Shown here: positions 39,498-49,450 of the stretch, piece after piece
Position numbering within the stretch: position 1 is the first letter of the stretch
How the letters are laid out: each line of letters opens with the position of its first letter
Source of the DNA: a virus
Lineage: Duplodnaviria; Caudoviricetes
DNA: 64,000 nt
IMG/VR virus record: IMGVR_UViG_3300020037_001525
Span: 25,938 to 89,937 of that record
Strand: one strand, 5' to 3'
Position numbers and translations under genes: made by a program
Notes under the pieces: generated by a model
Databases searched by the model: none
What the model was told of the DNA's origin: nothing
The model's input: the letters and a program-made list of their open reading frames with translations, nothing else

Positions 39498-40313
39498 TTA
39501 GTGGTTTTCATACTCTATACCTGTTGCATTATAATCAGTGTTGTCCCTTACAGAATCTGTTGCGTAATTCTGTGCATCAAGAACATAGTGTGCTCTCCTC
39601 GCCACACAACTAAGTGGGAAATTAGCTTGAAAATTTGTATCACTCTTACAAGCTATTGCTCTCTTTTGTTTCATCAAATCTCTGCTTATGTCAATAACAT
39701 GATATGATGGTCTGTGCGTATATCGTATAGATAGTGTTATGCTTGTTTCAGAAGCATACTTAGCTTGGTCTAACAGAATCTTGTTATCGGCTACAGTATA
39801 ATCTACATCAATTACAAGTCTTTCCAATGGTTCATCATCTTGCTTGAATTTATATACATCAAATACTGTTATTGGGTAATAGGTTGTAAAGGAAAACCAT
39901 CTTGATAGCGATAACACCTTCTTCATTTGAAGAATCTGTGAATGCCAACATTCAAGTTCAAGCAATGTTATCCTATCCATATAACCAAGCTTATCCTGTG
40001 CTCTTGATGCGATATTAACAGTTCCTGAATTCTCTGCCGTCCATGTCTCATATTTATTACGATTTGCCATTGCTGTGCACAATAGTATTGTCTCTGTCCT
40101 ATCAATGAAGAACCATCCCACTCCATTACAATTTTGACATGTACTTAGTGGAGCATTAGTGACACTTACTCTACAAGGACATTGTAACGCTCTATCGATG
40201 TATGCTTTGTACCCATGTTCTTGAATAGCATCTTGAAACATGAGCAAATCATGATGTACTTGTGGGTTCGCAACAGGTGCTAAAGTCTTGGTTGTTTTTA
40301 CTTGTATTGACAT
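39498..40313 (-). CDS. Putative head-tail adaptor/neck protein
   Basis: RALQCPC..CQNCNGVGW motif typical of the SPO1/Twort-type neck protein. Confidence 0.65.
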   Translation of the reverse strand: MSIQVKTTKTLAPVANPQVHHDLLMFQDAIQEHGYKAYIDRALQCPCRVSVTNAPLSTCQNCNGVGWFFIDRTETILLCTAMANRNKYETWTAENSGTVNIASRAQDKLGYMDRITLLELECWHSQILQMKKVLSLSRWFSFTTYYPITVFDVYKFKQDDEPLERLVIDVDYTVADNKILLDQAKYASETSITLSIRYTHRPSYHVIDISRDLMKQKRAIACKSDTNFQANFPLSCVARRAHYVLDAQNYATDSVRDNTDYNATGIEYENH

Positions 40314-40786
40314 TCTTGCATCATTTCGTTTTTAAACAATTGGTTCATGTGTGCATTCAAATCAAGTATCAAATCCATCTGGTTCCACTCTTCCTTGTTC
40401 ATCCACATATACTGAACATGTTCTTCGTCATCTATACGTATGAAAGATTGAACACCACCTGTTGGGTCTTTCAGTATTGCTTTGTAATAGAAAATGTTTA
40501 CATCTTTCAAATCAACCTTCATTGATTCAAGTATAACATAAGTGTCATCCTCTATGCCTGACTCTTCATACACCTCTCTCTTAACAGCACTTATTGCTTC
40601 TTCGTATCCTTCTACACCACCTCCAGGCAGACACCATGTTGATGGGTGGAAAGAATCTTGTGGACTTCTTTTCAGAAATAGTACTTTTCCCTTATCATTC
40701 ATTATCGCCATTGCTGCACATTGCTTCTTCTTCATTGTTATCTGTGAAGCTATGTGCTCTGCCTTACTAATGTTTTGTATTAACAT
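40298..40786 (-). CDS. NUDIX hydrolase
   Basis: WCLPGGGVEGYEEAISAVKREVYEESGI fits the GX5EX7REUXEEXGU box. Confidence 0.9.
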   Translation of the reverse strand: MLIQNISKAEHIASQITMKKKQCAAMAIMNDKGKVLFLKRSPQDSFHPSTWCLPGGGVEGYEEAISAVKREVYEESGIEDDTYVILESMKVDLKDVNIFYYKAILKDPTGGVQSFIRIDDEEHVQYMWMNKEEWNQMDLILDLNAHMNQLFKNEMMQECQYK

Positions 40787-41589
40787 ACATCGAATTTTAT
40801 TCCTGAATAAATACCTTTCAATCTTTGTACATCAGCTTTCAATCTCTCACCGAACCCCTTCATTCTATCAGAGAATATGTTGCCACCATTGATTTTACTT
40901 GTTGACTGGCTCAGCCCATCAAGACTTAATGATTGTGAAGCTAATCCAAATGTTGTTGCGTTTCCACCACCTATTGACAATTCTATTTGTGGCAATACAT
41001 ACATCGATGCAACTAAACCAACAAGCTCAATCAATTCTTCTGGAACCTGTTTGAATCCTGTAACGTAATGTATTTGCCAATAATTTGGTAATTGTCTTGT
41101 ACCAAAATAACTAAAGTAGTGTGGATAATATGTCATCAATTGATGAAATGTTATCGAAGCACTACCATTAGGCACTATATATATGGTGTTGTGAGGAGTA
41201 TCAGCGTTGTCTCTTCTGTGTGAAATCCACTCTGCAGGGTATGTTATCACTGGTCTCTCATTCAGTCTCCCCTTCAATGAACATACGCTTAATACTGGCC
41301 ATGAAGCCTTCAAGAATCCAAATTGCTGGAATTCTTCTTTTACGTAATCCTTTTGTTCGAGTATTGTTTGTTGGTTGAGTTTTATACCTAATTCATTCTC
41401 AATACGCTGTTGCGCTGCTAATATCCTTTGTGATATGAAATCATCTGATATAGTCTCACCTGTGTATGGATTGCAAAGTGGTATTCCTTGCAACCACTGT
41501 TCCTTGAACTCAAAAGAACTGAATAACAGCGATTTTGCTCCTCCATATTCTTTCCAATTGGTTACGAAATTCTGTTTAACTGTTGCCAT
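40780..41589 (-). CDS. Putative head-tail connector protein
   Basis: AAQQRIENELGIKL..IHYVTGFKQVPEEL pattern; position after capsid. Confidence 0.6.
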   Translation of the reverse strand: MATVKQNFVTNWKEYGGAKSLLFSSFEFKEQWLQGIPLCNPYTGETISDDFISQRILAAQQRIENELGIKLNQQTILEQKDYVKEEFQQFGFLKASWPVLSVCSLKGRLNERPVITYPAEWISHRRDNADTPHNTIYIVPNGSASITFHQLMTYYPHYFSYFGTRQLPNYWQIHYVTGFKQVPEELIELVGLVASMYVLPQIELSIGGGNATTFGLASQSLSLDGLSQSTSKINGGNIFSDRMKGFGERLKADVQRLKGIYSGIKFDVC

Positions 41590-41604
41590 TGAAAATGATA
41601 ACTG

Positions 41605-42024
41605 TTATTTGAATAGATTCTTCTTGAGGAAAGTCCTCAACGCTTTCTCATTATTCTTCATCGTTCTCCACTTCAAATCTGTCTGACCAGCTATCTCATT
41701 CAATTGCTCTAAATTCATGGCATCCAAATCCTCTGGTGTGATTTCGACATTTTCCTGCTCTTCATCTTCTTCATTCTCATCGTTTGCTTTTGTGTCTGTT
41801 GCATCAACATCAACATCTTTCTTCACAACAGTCTCTTTCTTTTGTGACATCTTAGCAGTCATAAGGTAACTCCAGTCTTCTGAATTGTCCACTACAAGAG
41901 CAGCAATTTCTTCTGGTACTGATACAACGCCTTCAGCGTCTGTAGAAACCTTCTCAGTCATGTCTGGAAAGTTTAATGTCATGTTAAGACATTTTGCATT
42001 GATAATTTTTACAGTTTTTGACAT
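41605..42024 (-). CDS. Hypothetical acidic protein
   Basis: 139 aa; C-terminal LDAMNLEQLNEIA resembles a small helical (HeH/Rho-N-like) motif. Confidence 0.6.
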   Translation of the reverse strand: MSKTVKIINAKCLNMTLNFPDMTEKVSTDAEGVVSVPEEIAALVVDNSEDWSYLMTAKMSQKKETVVKKDVDVDATDTKANDENEEDEEQENVEITPEDLDAMNLEQLNEIAGQTDLKWRTMKNNEKALRTFLKKNLFK

Positions 42025-42046
42025 TTTATATTGTTTTTAATTTTTA

Positions 42047-42087
42047 AGAAAAACAAATGGTGGCTTTGCTTTCACATCACCACCATT
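42047..42087 (-). terminator. Terminator-like hairpin after major capsid gene
   Basis: AATGGTGG (42056-42063) / CCACCATT (42080-42087), then a T-rich run on the minus strand. Confidence 0.55.
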
Positions 42088-42115
42088 GTTATTTAGTTTA
42101 ACTTTGCGAATTTAT

Positions 42116-43603
42116 TTACGCTATTGTGTCTCCAATATTCACGAACACTATGAAGCGACGGATATTGTACAAGAAAGGTGTACCATAAAGCAACATCATG
42201 AATCGATATGCTGGAGATGTTACAGCCAAGTCCATTTTCATCAACGGAGCAAGTTGTTTGAACTCAAGTACATCTGTGTCAAACTGGCACAAGAACGCTT
42301 TATCTGTGTTCGCCATCCAACGGTTGTTGTCTCTGATTTTACCTGCTGCACCTAAATCATAGCCTGCAGTCAATTCAGCAAGACTTACAGTAAACAAAGG
42401 ATACATTGTTGAACCAGCTGGTGTAGCTGCACCTTTCTGTGAACGATAGATAGTGAACGCTGTAGCGTTGTAAGTCGAAGCAGTTCCTGTGAACTGTAAA
42501 TCCACTGCACCGCCAGCTACAACAGTTGTAGGAGTAACATCAAGGATTGTCATCGCTGAGTCTCCGTATTTGTTGTTACCAACAACACCATATATGTAGT
42601 TACCTGCATCGCCTGCAGCGAACACCGAATAAGCAGAAGAACCGACAGCAGCAGTTGGCGTACCACCTACAGTTGGAGCATTTGGAGCACTTGTGTGGGT
42701 TGCAGGTGCATTGTACAATTTGGTTGGTTTCTTATTGAAGAACACATCCCAATTCAAACCGATGTTACCGAATTGGCTTTCGAAGTTCTTCACTGATTGG
42801 CCAATGGTTGCATTTTGAATTGCTCCTTGTTGTCCAACACCAACAAATTTGTTACCATAGAAATTTTTCACGAAATTGCTCAACACCTTTGGTGGCGCAT
42901 ACAATTCAGTTCCACGACCAAAGTTTTCTGCAATTGTATTAGCAGCACTTTCGATTGCAGACTCTGTAAGAACTGAACCTCTCAAGTCAACAACAAGACC
43001 ACTGTTGAAGTAATCATTGATTGTTGCAAATTGGTCATTCTTCTTGTGTTGGGTCAACAAACCATTGAATTCTTCAGGCACTAATTTTTCATCAGCATCA
43101 TACAAACCTTTATCAAGTTTGCGCAAAATCCAAAGTGTACCATTTTGAATTTCTTTCTCCACAATGTTTCCGATTTGTGTATTGACTAAACTCATAGGAT
43201 GAGTTACACTTTTGGTAACACCTAAGAATTTAACCAATTGAGAACGACGGATGTAAGTAGAATCTTCTTCTTGCGGAAGTTCACCCTCTCCATTGAAACC
43301 ACCTCTATCAGCACCATAAGAAGACAACTGATTGTACTCCTCTACAGTGTTATAGGCAGCAGCCTTTGGAATATTTTTCCACAATGTAACCTCATCTTTC
43401 GTGTGGGTCAACACTTTAAGTGTCTTCTCTAAGGATTCAACCTTCAAAGGAGCACCTGATGCAGTTGTTAAGTTTAGTGTGCTTTGACCAGTTGTGTCTC
43501 CTGCGGAGAGTGCCTTGTTCAATTCACCCAACTCCTGTTCTGAAGTGCCAGAGCCGAACATTGCGTTCGAATTTGATACTTGGTAGTCAGCTAATGTAAT
43601 CAT
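42116..43603 (-). CDS. Major capsid protein (SPO1/Twort-like)
   Basis: GAPLKVESLE..VTLWKNIPK..NTVEEYNQ..GELPQEEDSTY resembles phage K/A511-type capsid precursors as recalled; downstream of the protease. Confidence 0.9.
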   Translation of the reverse strand: MITLADYQVSNSNAMFGSGTSEQELGELNKALSAGDTTGQSTLNLTTASGAPLKVESLEKTLKVLTHTKDEVTLWKNIPKAAAYNTVEEYNQLSSYGADRGGFNGEGELPQEEDSTYIRRSQLVKFLGVTKSVTHPMSLVNTQIGNIVEKEIQNGTLWILRKLDKGLYDADEKLVPEEFNGLLTQHKKNDQFATINDYFNSGLVVDLRGSVLTESAIESAANTIAENFGRGTELYAPPKVLSNFVKNFYGNKFVGVGQQGAIQNATIGQSVKNFESQFGNIGLNWDVFFNKKPTKLYNAPATHTSAPNAPTVGGTPTAAVGSSAYSVFAAGDAGNYIYGVVGNNKYGDSAMTILDVTPTTVVAGGAVDLQFTGTASTYNATAFTIYRSQKGAATPAGSTMYPLFTVSLAELTAGYDLGAAGKIRDNNRWMANTDKAFLCQFDTDVLEFKQLAPLMKMDLAVTSPAYRFMMLLYGTPFLYNIRRFIVFVNIGDTIA

Positions 43604-43642
43604 GTTTTTTGTTTGTTTGTTTAAAATGTTTGTAATAGTGTG

Positions 43643-43657
43643 TTATAACTGTTTGCT
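43643..43657 (-). promoter_or_regulatory. Conserved upstream motif CAGTTATAA (candidate late promoter) before major capsid gene
   Basis: Exact copies also at 28162-28170, 29563-29571 and 61503-61511, each in a short intergenic gap. Confidence 0.55.
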
Positions 43658-43662
43658 CAAGA

Positions 43663-45369
43663 TTATACCTTACCACCTGTCAACTCTTCAACCATTGCCT
43701 TTACTTTGTTTGTAAGATTGTTGGTTGTTTCATAGCTTATAAGTGATTTAGAAATTTCTTCATCAAATCCTTTCTCAAATGTCAATTTCTCAAGAGCATT
43801 CAATACCTGTGATTTTGACAATTTGTTAGTTTGAGTATCTCTGTTACCAGAAAGTTCATCATTACCAACACCTTTTTCAAAGGTACGTTCAACTGCTCGC
43901 ACTACTGATTTTCTTTGCATTGGTGCACTTGATAGTTCATCAATCTTCTCATGTGACTTCTGTATTTCATCACGCAATTCAAGAACTTCATTCTGTAATG
44001 ACTTCATTATCTTGTCGTTACCTTCTTTTATTTCATCGAACAATCCCTTGAGCAACTTGCCCATGCTTGTTCCTTGTTTAGATATTTGGTCTGACAATGA
44101 CTTCTCAACTTTATTGTACATTTCATCATCACTCATAGGCTTTTCCTCTTCTTCATCATCCTCTTCTTCCTCTTCTTCCTCTTCTTCAGAGTCGTCTTCA
44201 GTTTCCTCTTTCTTCTTTGGCTTACTTGCTGGTTTGTCTGTGTTGTCATCAGAATCACCGTCAGAATCATCTTCAGCAGAATCATCGCTACCATCATCAC
44301 CCTTAGAAATTTTTGTATCCGTTGTCTCTTGTTCATCAAGAGAATCCTCTTCTTCAGAGTTGTCTTCACCCTTATTCAATGAGTCTGCGCCTAATTCTTC
44401 AAGTGCTTTGTTGATTAGGTCTCTGTTTGATGGTTTTTGTTCTGTTTTAGCTATTGCCATGATATTAAGTTTTTGTTGAATATTGTTATATATTGAGTCT
44501 GCTTGTTCAAAACTAATAACTGAATCAGACTTCAATATTTCTTGCATTAACTCTTCATCCATTGATTTCTGTAAGTCCTTCAGATTCTTGTCTACATGTT
44601 CTTTGCGCAAAGCACCACCACTGCCAACCTCTGTGCTCAGTGCTTTATCAATCGTGACACAGTAATTGTTATCAACCATGATTCTAACACCATCTGGTCT
44701 TGTTATGTCAACAATCTTGTCGTGTGATTCTTTGCCCTTATCTCCACCATTCCTGTTTTCTTGTATATTACCATCAATAGCATCCAAATCATCACCCTTC
44801 TCAATTTCTTCATTGATATCCTCAATGATTTCATCGATACTCTTGTTGATATCTGTAGATGTATTGTCGAATTCATGAAAATTACCCTTAATGATATCAA
44901 CGATGCTATCAGGATTCTTTGGAGATATTGTTAAAGCTATGTTAGTTATCATAGCCTTTGTAACCTTTGATTTGTCTAATGGGTCTCTTTCTGTAGCTTT
45001 ACCTTCTACAGAATAGCCAAGTCTTCTTGTTTTACTATTCTTCTCAAGCGTTTCTGCTAATTCCCATACTGATTTTGATAATGCATTATCAGGATACAGC
45101 ATAGACTCTACATATAAACCACCACTTCTTTTCTCAACCTTAGTTGGTTCTCCTATTACTGCATCTGGTGATTTATTGTGGTTCCAATTCACAATGCCCT
45201 TTTCTTTCAAATAATCAATGTCAAAGTTGCTTGGGTCTAATGATTCGCCATCAGTATCTCTTCTGCTTGTTGATGCCATCCCACCAAGTTTCATTACAAC
45301 ATTTCCATTGTTGTCCTTTGATTTCTTAATCTTGTCTAATGGTATCCAAAATCTGAAGTTATTGTTCAT
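43663..45369 (-). CDS. Prohead protease with acidic scaffold-like C-terminal region
   Basis: GMAST..DTDGE..GIVNWNH..GYSVEGK..NIALT..PKNP protease motifs, then acidic/coiled-coil tail. Confidence 0.85.
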   Translation of the reverse strand: MNNNFRFWIPLDKIKKSKDNNGNVVMKLGGMASTSRRDTDGESLDPSNFDIDYLKEKGIVNWNHNKSPDAVIGEPTKVEKRSGGLYVESMLYPDNALSKSVWELAETLEKNSKTRRLGYSVEGKATERDPLDKSKVTKAMITNIALTISPKNPDSIVDIIKGNFHEFDNTSTDINKSIDEIIEDINEEIEKGDDLDAIDGNIQENRNGGDKGKESHDKIVDITRPDGVRIMVDNNYCVTIDKALSTEVGSGGALRKEHVDKNLKDLQKSMDEELMQEILKSDSVISFEQADSIYNNIQQKLNIMAIAKTEQKPSNRDLINKALEELGADSLNKGEDNSEEEDSLDEQETTDTKISKGDDGSDDSAEDDSDGDSDDNTDKPASKPKKKEETEDDSEEEEEEEEEDDEEEEKPMSDDEMYNKVEKSLSDQISKQGTSMGKLLKGLFDEIKEGNDKIMKSLQNEVLELRDEIQKSHEKIDELSSAPMQRKSVVRAVERTFEKGVGNDELSGNRDTQTNKLSKSQVLNALEKLTFEKGFDEEISKSLISYETTNNLTNKVKAMVEELTGGKV

Positions 45370-45399
45370 TTAAAATAATTTATTGTGTTATATCTGTTT

Positions 45400-48006
45400 T
45401 TAATCAGTGGTTGAGAATCCAGGATGTTCTTTGTATGGGTTTTCATTATACGACACAATCTCCATTTTATTGAATGGAACCACGTCATACTGTTTTGATG
45501 GATTTTCCTTCTTAGCTTTCATCCAATCAATGAAGTCTCCCATAGTTCCTGTTGATGGCTCTTTTGTTTTCCAATGTATCTTAACAATTGTGTTCTTGTC
45601 AATAGGAGAAGGTCTGTTCTCTCTGATTTTCATCTGAATGTTCGTTCGTATGAGCAAATCTGTATAAAAATCCTTTACAGACATATCTCCTAAGTCTACA
45701 TCGTCTATATTTTCAAAGAATTTTATATATTTTGACTTATCGGCTTCAAACTTATCATGTTTAAACTGTAGTTCCCTTTTGCGCAATGCGTTGTTCTTAG
45801 CTTCAACTTCCTCTGCCATTCTCTTCTGCTCCTCATGCACTATCTTGCGACCAATGTCAGTGTTAAGTGTTTTATGCAATTCGTCTCTTGTGCTGGAATC
45901 TCTTGCATGTAAAGCATTTGTAACATCAGAGTACATGTCAATGTATTCTTTGCTTTCATCAGTAGGTTTGTAATCGTGATATATCAAGAATTGACTATTA
46001 TGACGATTGTTGATTCCGTCATATTCCTTGCGTGTTTGTTCATAATTACTTTCCTGTTTAGTCTTCTCCTTGATTAGCTTATTTCTGTATGCTTCTTCAT
46101 CTGGATGAAGATGGAAGAAGTGCTTATGTTCGAATGTTTCGTTGCTTGTTCCTTGATAATTGCTTCTGCCAAATGTTTTTGTTAATCCTTGGTATGGTAA
46201 CGTCTTCACATATACCTTCCTGCCATTGATTTCAATGTCTGAATTGTCATCTTTCTTACCTTCTGACAGAGATAATAAGTGTTCATCATAATGTGCTCCG
46301 ATTGTATGTAGATTGAACTTCTTTGTTTTTGTAGGGTCTTTATCACTGCCTACCTTCATCATTCTTGTGAAATTAGTGCCTTTCTTGTTTGTAACTTCCA
46401 CAGGAGCAATGTATTTAGATTTTGATAATACATCATCAATAGCTTTGCTGATAAGACCATACTCTCTCAATAATCTCAATCTTTCTTCTGTTGAAACCTC
46501 ATGTAACTCACCTGAATCTCTATCATCTTTATTATGCTGACAACAGTATTGGAAGAATTCTTCTCCCTGTAATGCTTCATCCCACTTCCTGTTAATGAGT
46601 TTAGTCCAACGTGGATTAGTATCTTCTGATTTTTCTATGGTCTCTTGCAATATAGCACCCTTCAATTTTATTTGTTCGATGTATTGTTCAAGTCTTTCAT
46701 TTCCATAGTACTTCATATCTTCACTGTTCTCACCTTTAATAAGTTCGACACCAAATTGGCCATTACCGATATTAAGATGTACGATTATCTTATTATTGTC
46801 TTCTGTGTTAAACTCCATAACTCCTTGCTCTTCTGATTTTGATATCGAATCTTCATATCCCTCACGTTCAAAATCAAATAGATTATACTCATCACATTGC
46901 TCTTCATCATCCTCATCAATGTCAATGCCAAGTGTTTGAACTGTATTATACGTTATTATGTCATCAAGAGGCATATAATCAGTATCTATGTAATCTACAG
47001 CCTTTAACAAGTCTTCACTAAGTCCTAAAGTATTCAACCATTGTTTTCTAACAATAGGGTGCACATAGGCAGTTTCTGCCATCTTTGGTGTATTGTTGAG
47101 TTTCTGTGAAACTATCTTATACATATTAGCAAGTGTAGCAACCACTAACCTTCTATCTTTCTTAATATCTCCTGTTAATTGTTCTTTGACTTGGCTTGTG
47201 TGTTCTTGTAACGTCTTGTTGCCTAAATCAGTAGCAACATATGTTCTCATATCCTTTATCTTGAGATTCTTGAATCCATACTTGTTCTTGAATATCTTGT
47301 CAACAAAAGTTCTGTCCATACTGAACAAACGTGGATGTTCACTCTTAATCCTTGTAGCTTTCAACTTCTTCAAATAAGCACTCAATTCTGGTTCTCCTGT
47401 GATTTCTCCAGTATTGTTCTTGTATGATTTACCAATGAATTCAAAATTTATGTCACCACTCTTGTTTATATTGAGGTTGTCAACACCCAATGTAGAAACT
47501 CCCATATTACCAGTCTTTTCAAATCCAGCTGTTTGACCAACACGCAAACCTGTATGTGCTATAATCAACAATATAGCAGCTGCTTCTGCGAATTTAGGAT
47601 TGCTGTTTGATAGGTCTGCTCTGGCTTTGTTCTTGATGTTCTCCACAGTGTTTGCGTCTACATTAGCAATTCTATCCCACTTTACAAGAGCATTCCTGTT
47701 CAAAAATTCCTTAGTGTATGCTCTGATTTTTGTGTTGGTTTTTGGGTCTGTCCATGACATAACACACTTACTATTGAATTCTTCTGGGTTCGTAATATCA
47801 ACGTGTATTTGTACATCTTTCTTGTCTACACCTACTGGAAGCCTTGTTAAACCTATCCCTGCGAACTTATCATACCATTGTGGTTGACGCACTGCTTTAG
47901 GTTTGCTCTTATTCTTCTCATTAGATACTAATTTCTTCACAAGATGACCTTTCTTGTCAGTGTGTATTTCTATGTGGTTCTTGCTTCTGTCTATTGCTTT
48001 ACTCAT
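45400..48006 (-). CDS. DNA topoisomerase IB domain fused to a long uncharacterised C-terminal region
   Basis: Catalytic set GLRVG (R), FIGKS (K), KDMRT (R), LNNTP (N as in bacterial TopIB), AYVHP (Y). Confidence 0.82.
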   Translation of the reverse strand: MSKAIDRSKNHIEIHTDKKGHLVKKLVSNEKNKSKPKAVRQPQWYDKFAGIGLTRLPVGVDKKDVQIHVDITNPEEFNSKCVMSWTDPKTNTKIRAYTKEFLNRNALVKWDRIANVDANTVENIKNKARADLSNSNPKFAEAAAILLIIAHTGLRVGQTAGFEKTGNMGVSTLGVDNLNINKSGDINFEFIGKSYKNNTGEITGEPELSAYLKKLKATRIKSEHPRLFSMDRTFVDKIFKNKYGFKNLKIKDMRTYVATDLGNKTLQEHTSQVKEQLTGDIKKDRRLVVATLANMYKIVSQKLNNTPKMAETAYVHPIVRKQWLNTLGLSEDLLKAVDYIDTDYMPLDDIITYNTVQTLGIDIDEDDEEQCDEYNLFDFEREGYEDSISKSEEQGVMEFNTEDNNKIIVHLNIGNGQFGVELIKGENSEDMKYYGNERLEQYIEQIKLKGAILQETIEKSEDTNPRWTKLINRKWDEALQGEEFFQYCCQHNKDDRDSGELHEVSTEERLRLLREYGLISKAIDDVLSKSKYIAPVEVTNKKGTNFTRMMKVGSDKDPTKTKKFNLHTIGAHYDEHLLSLSEGKKDDNSDIEINGRKVYVKTLPYQGLTKTFGRSNYQGTSNETFEHKHFFHLHPDEEAYRNKLIKEKTKQESNYEQTRKEYDGINNRHNSQFLIYHDYKPTDESKEYIDMYSDVTNALHARDSSTRDELHKTLNTDIGRKIVHEEQKRMAEEVEAKNNALRKRELQFKHDKFEADKSKYIKFFENIDDVDLGDMSVKDFYTDLLIRTNIQMKIRENRPSPIDKNTIVKIHWKTKEPSTGTMGDFIDWMKAKKENPSKQYDVVPFNKMEIVSYNENPYKEHPGFSTTD

Positions 48007-48901
48007 AAGATATCTTTACTTTTGATTTACGTTTTATGCCGTAATTGTTTCTTGTTAATATGAACATTTTTTTAACTGAATCCCAAACAGTGTTCTCAAT
48101 GTACTCATTTGACTCACATCTACAAAATGGATGTAAAGAGTATAGTGTTGGTTTGTAATTTTCAGGCTTAACACCTATATTACTGCCATTAGACATAACA
48201 TCAAGTACTGTAAATACCTTTGGTTCTCCATCCTTCTTAAGATGCACTCTCTTGCAATGATTGCAAGCATCATCCTTCACAGAATACCAAATTTTTGCGT
48301 CTTTCCCAACTCTGTTAAGTATCTCAAGTGCCTTGCCATGATTAAATGCTGAATGCATTACATAATCAGCTATCCTACCAAAATCCCTATTCCAGTCTTC
48401 TGACTTCTTTGACAGTATTTTTGAGAATTCTTCTACAGTTAGCTTGTTGTTTACTGCATTTATTGCTTCCTTCTTGATTATGGTCTTGAGTTTTTGGTCT
48501 TGATGTTTCGTTATTGATATTTGATACAAATCATTTATCTGTCTGTTTTTAAGATTAGTTACATCTTTGTACATCTGATGTTTCAACACATCTAATGTAA
48601 CTTTCTCAATGTCACTCAGTGGAGCAAACTTACCATCTGCTATATATTTTCTAAGACTATTGTAATTAAATTTAGATGACCTTTTGTATTTCAAACCAGA
48701 AGCAATCATGCCGAACTTATATGCGTGCTCCAATTGAGTTTGCTTTGCAAGATTAGCAAAATTTATGCCAAATCTTTTGAGTATTCTCTTGTCGTTTCTG
48801 GATAACGGTGATGTTCCTATATTATTGACAATAAATAAGCAATTGAAATTTTCAACCACTTCTACTATATCATCAATCTGTTGTTTTTCTAACCACATCA
48901 C
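47999..48901 (-). CDS. MuF/SPP1 gp7-like minor head protein
   Basis: DACNHCKRVHL..LHPFCRC C-terminal motif; near portal. Confidence 0.75.
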   Translation of the reverse strand: MMWLEKQQIDDIVEVVENFNCLFIVNNIGTSPLSRNDKRILKRFGINFANLAKQTQLEHAYKFGMIASGLKYKRSSKFNYNSLRKYIADGKFAPLSDIEKVTLDVLKHQMYKDVTNLKNRQINDLYQISITKHQDQKLKTIIKKEAINAVNNKLTVEEFSKILSKKSEDWNRDFGRIADYVMHSAFNHGKALEILNRVGKDAKIWYSVKDDACNHCKRVHLKKDGEPKVFTVLDVMSNGSNIGVKPENYKPTLYSLHPFCRCESNEYIENTVWDSVKKMFILTRNNYGIKRKSKVKISYE

Positions 48902-49039
48902 TTCTATTGTTTTTAACTATCTGCAATATCGATTTCCCCATATTTATTAACATGCTTGAATAGTCTTGCTTCATGCTTTGCTCTATTTCTCTTGAGCAAA
49001 GATAATTGGCTTGATTGTTCTTCTTCTTGTTTGTTTTCA

Positions 49040-49450
49040 TTATCTTGCTCCTATAAAATACCCAAATACTGCCATAATGATAGCCGTGATATATCCCTTG
49101 ACATTGTTGAGATTATTTCGTCTATTAGTGTTCTTTATATGTATTCTATTAAGAGAATCCAAACTTCTGTAATATAATGAATTCTTAATTTCAACATTAT
49201 ACATCCTTTCAGTGTACATGATTATAGAATCCTTGCTGCTCAGATTCTGCTCCAGCAATTCAACTTTCTTCTCACAGTTTACAAGAAGTTTGCTATTGTA
49301 CTTACCTTTCTGTATATCCACCATTGATTTCTTCAATTGAGACACAGGAATACATATAGTATCATCGATAGTTGTTTGCGAAAAACAATCTGATTGAATC
49401 CTTAGTGTAAGAAGGATTGACAACATGAGCAATCTGAGCATCCATTTCAT
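49040..49450 (-). CDS. Putative spanin-like envelope protein (outer component)
   Basis: Signal-like N-terminus ending in QSDC, coiled-coil, hydrophobic C-terminus; overlaps the upstream gene. Confidence 0.4.
   Translation of the reverse strand: MKWMLRLLMLSILLTLRIQSDCFSQTTIDDTICIPVSQLKKSMVDIQKGKYNSKLLVNCEKKVELLEQNLSSKDSIIMYTERMYNVEIKNSLYYRSLDSLNRIHIKNTNRRNNLNNVKGYITAIIMAVFGYFIGAR

Noticed and set aside
45400-48006. Tyrosine recombinase that could serve the attC-like array
   Set aside because: Motif spacing (GLRVG, FIGKS, DMRT, NNTP, YVHP) fits topoisomerase IB, not the R-H-x-x-R-H-Y pattern of integrases.
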